In this document: positions 63,875-64,000 of the stretch, one piece after another
Numbering within the stretch: the stretch's first letter is position 1
Layout: every line of letters begins with the position of its first letter
Source of the DNA: a virus
IMG/VR virus record: IMGVR_UViG_3300044714_000052
Span: 3,580 to 67,579 of that record
Length of the DNA: 64,000 nucleotides
Reading direction: 5' to 3' (one strand)
Notes under the pieces: model-generated
The model's database searches: none
What the model saw: only the letters and a program-made list of their open reading frames with translations
Told to the model about the DNA's origin: nothing
Made by a program: the position numbers and the translations under genes

Positions 63875-64000
63875 CCGCCAACCTGGGCGTTCCTCTCACG
63901 GTTGTATAACTTATGACGAAATGAAATACAATACGCGCGCTATCGACTGCGTTGCCAGTACCCGGCAGAATCGACGCTCGGGAGGCTGGCGCGCGGGAGA

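Larger units (their letters stand above)
1..64000. mobile_element. Temperate podovirus-like phage genome (near complete, no host genes seen)
   Basis: Terminase, portal, capsid, tail tubular, injection, lysis, integrase and repressor/cro modules in lambdoid order; no tape measure gene. Confidence 0.95.

Noticed and set aside
1-64000. Prophage boundaries (attL/attR) or host genes
   Set aside because: None seen; the integrase is internal and both window ends are phage-type, so integration state and completeness cannot be established

Overview
The whole window is phage sequence with no recognisable host housekeeping genes. It looks like most of the genome of a temperate, GC-rich podovirus-type phage, probably of an alphaproteobacterial host (inferred from GcrA-like and DUF2312/GapR-like genes), in unintegrated or circularly permuted gene order. 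Layout: leftward early/replication genes (26-5871); an immunity switch with two TTCCC-N6-GGGAA operators (5.9-6.7 kb); rightward recombination genes, small ORFs, excisionase and tyrosine integrase, tRNA-Val(CAC) and an HNH gene (6.8-16.9 kb); then one long leftward late region running terS, terL, portal, scaffold, capsid, tail, injection proteins, receptor-binding proteins and lysis (62.4 down to 17.0 kb). The most unusual feature is that about ten genes in the head-decoration and tail/receptor-binding modules encode Cys-rich proteins with clear N-terminal export signals. They include a beta-helix tailspike, a fibre-like protein, two GH54 arabinofuranosidase-like paralogues and a 1117-aa lyase-like protein, which suggests virion appendages that fold outside the cytoplasm. 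Also notable: four tandem tail-adaptor paralogues, a PEP-CTERM-like early gene, a tRNA lying in frame inside an HNH ORF, and a shared late regulatory motif coupled to RBS hairpins. All calls come from motif recognition by eye; no searches were run.
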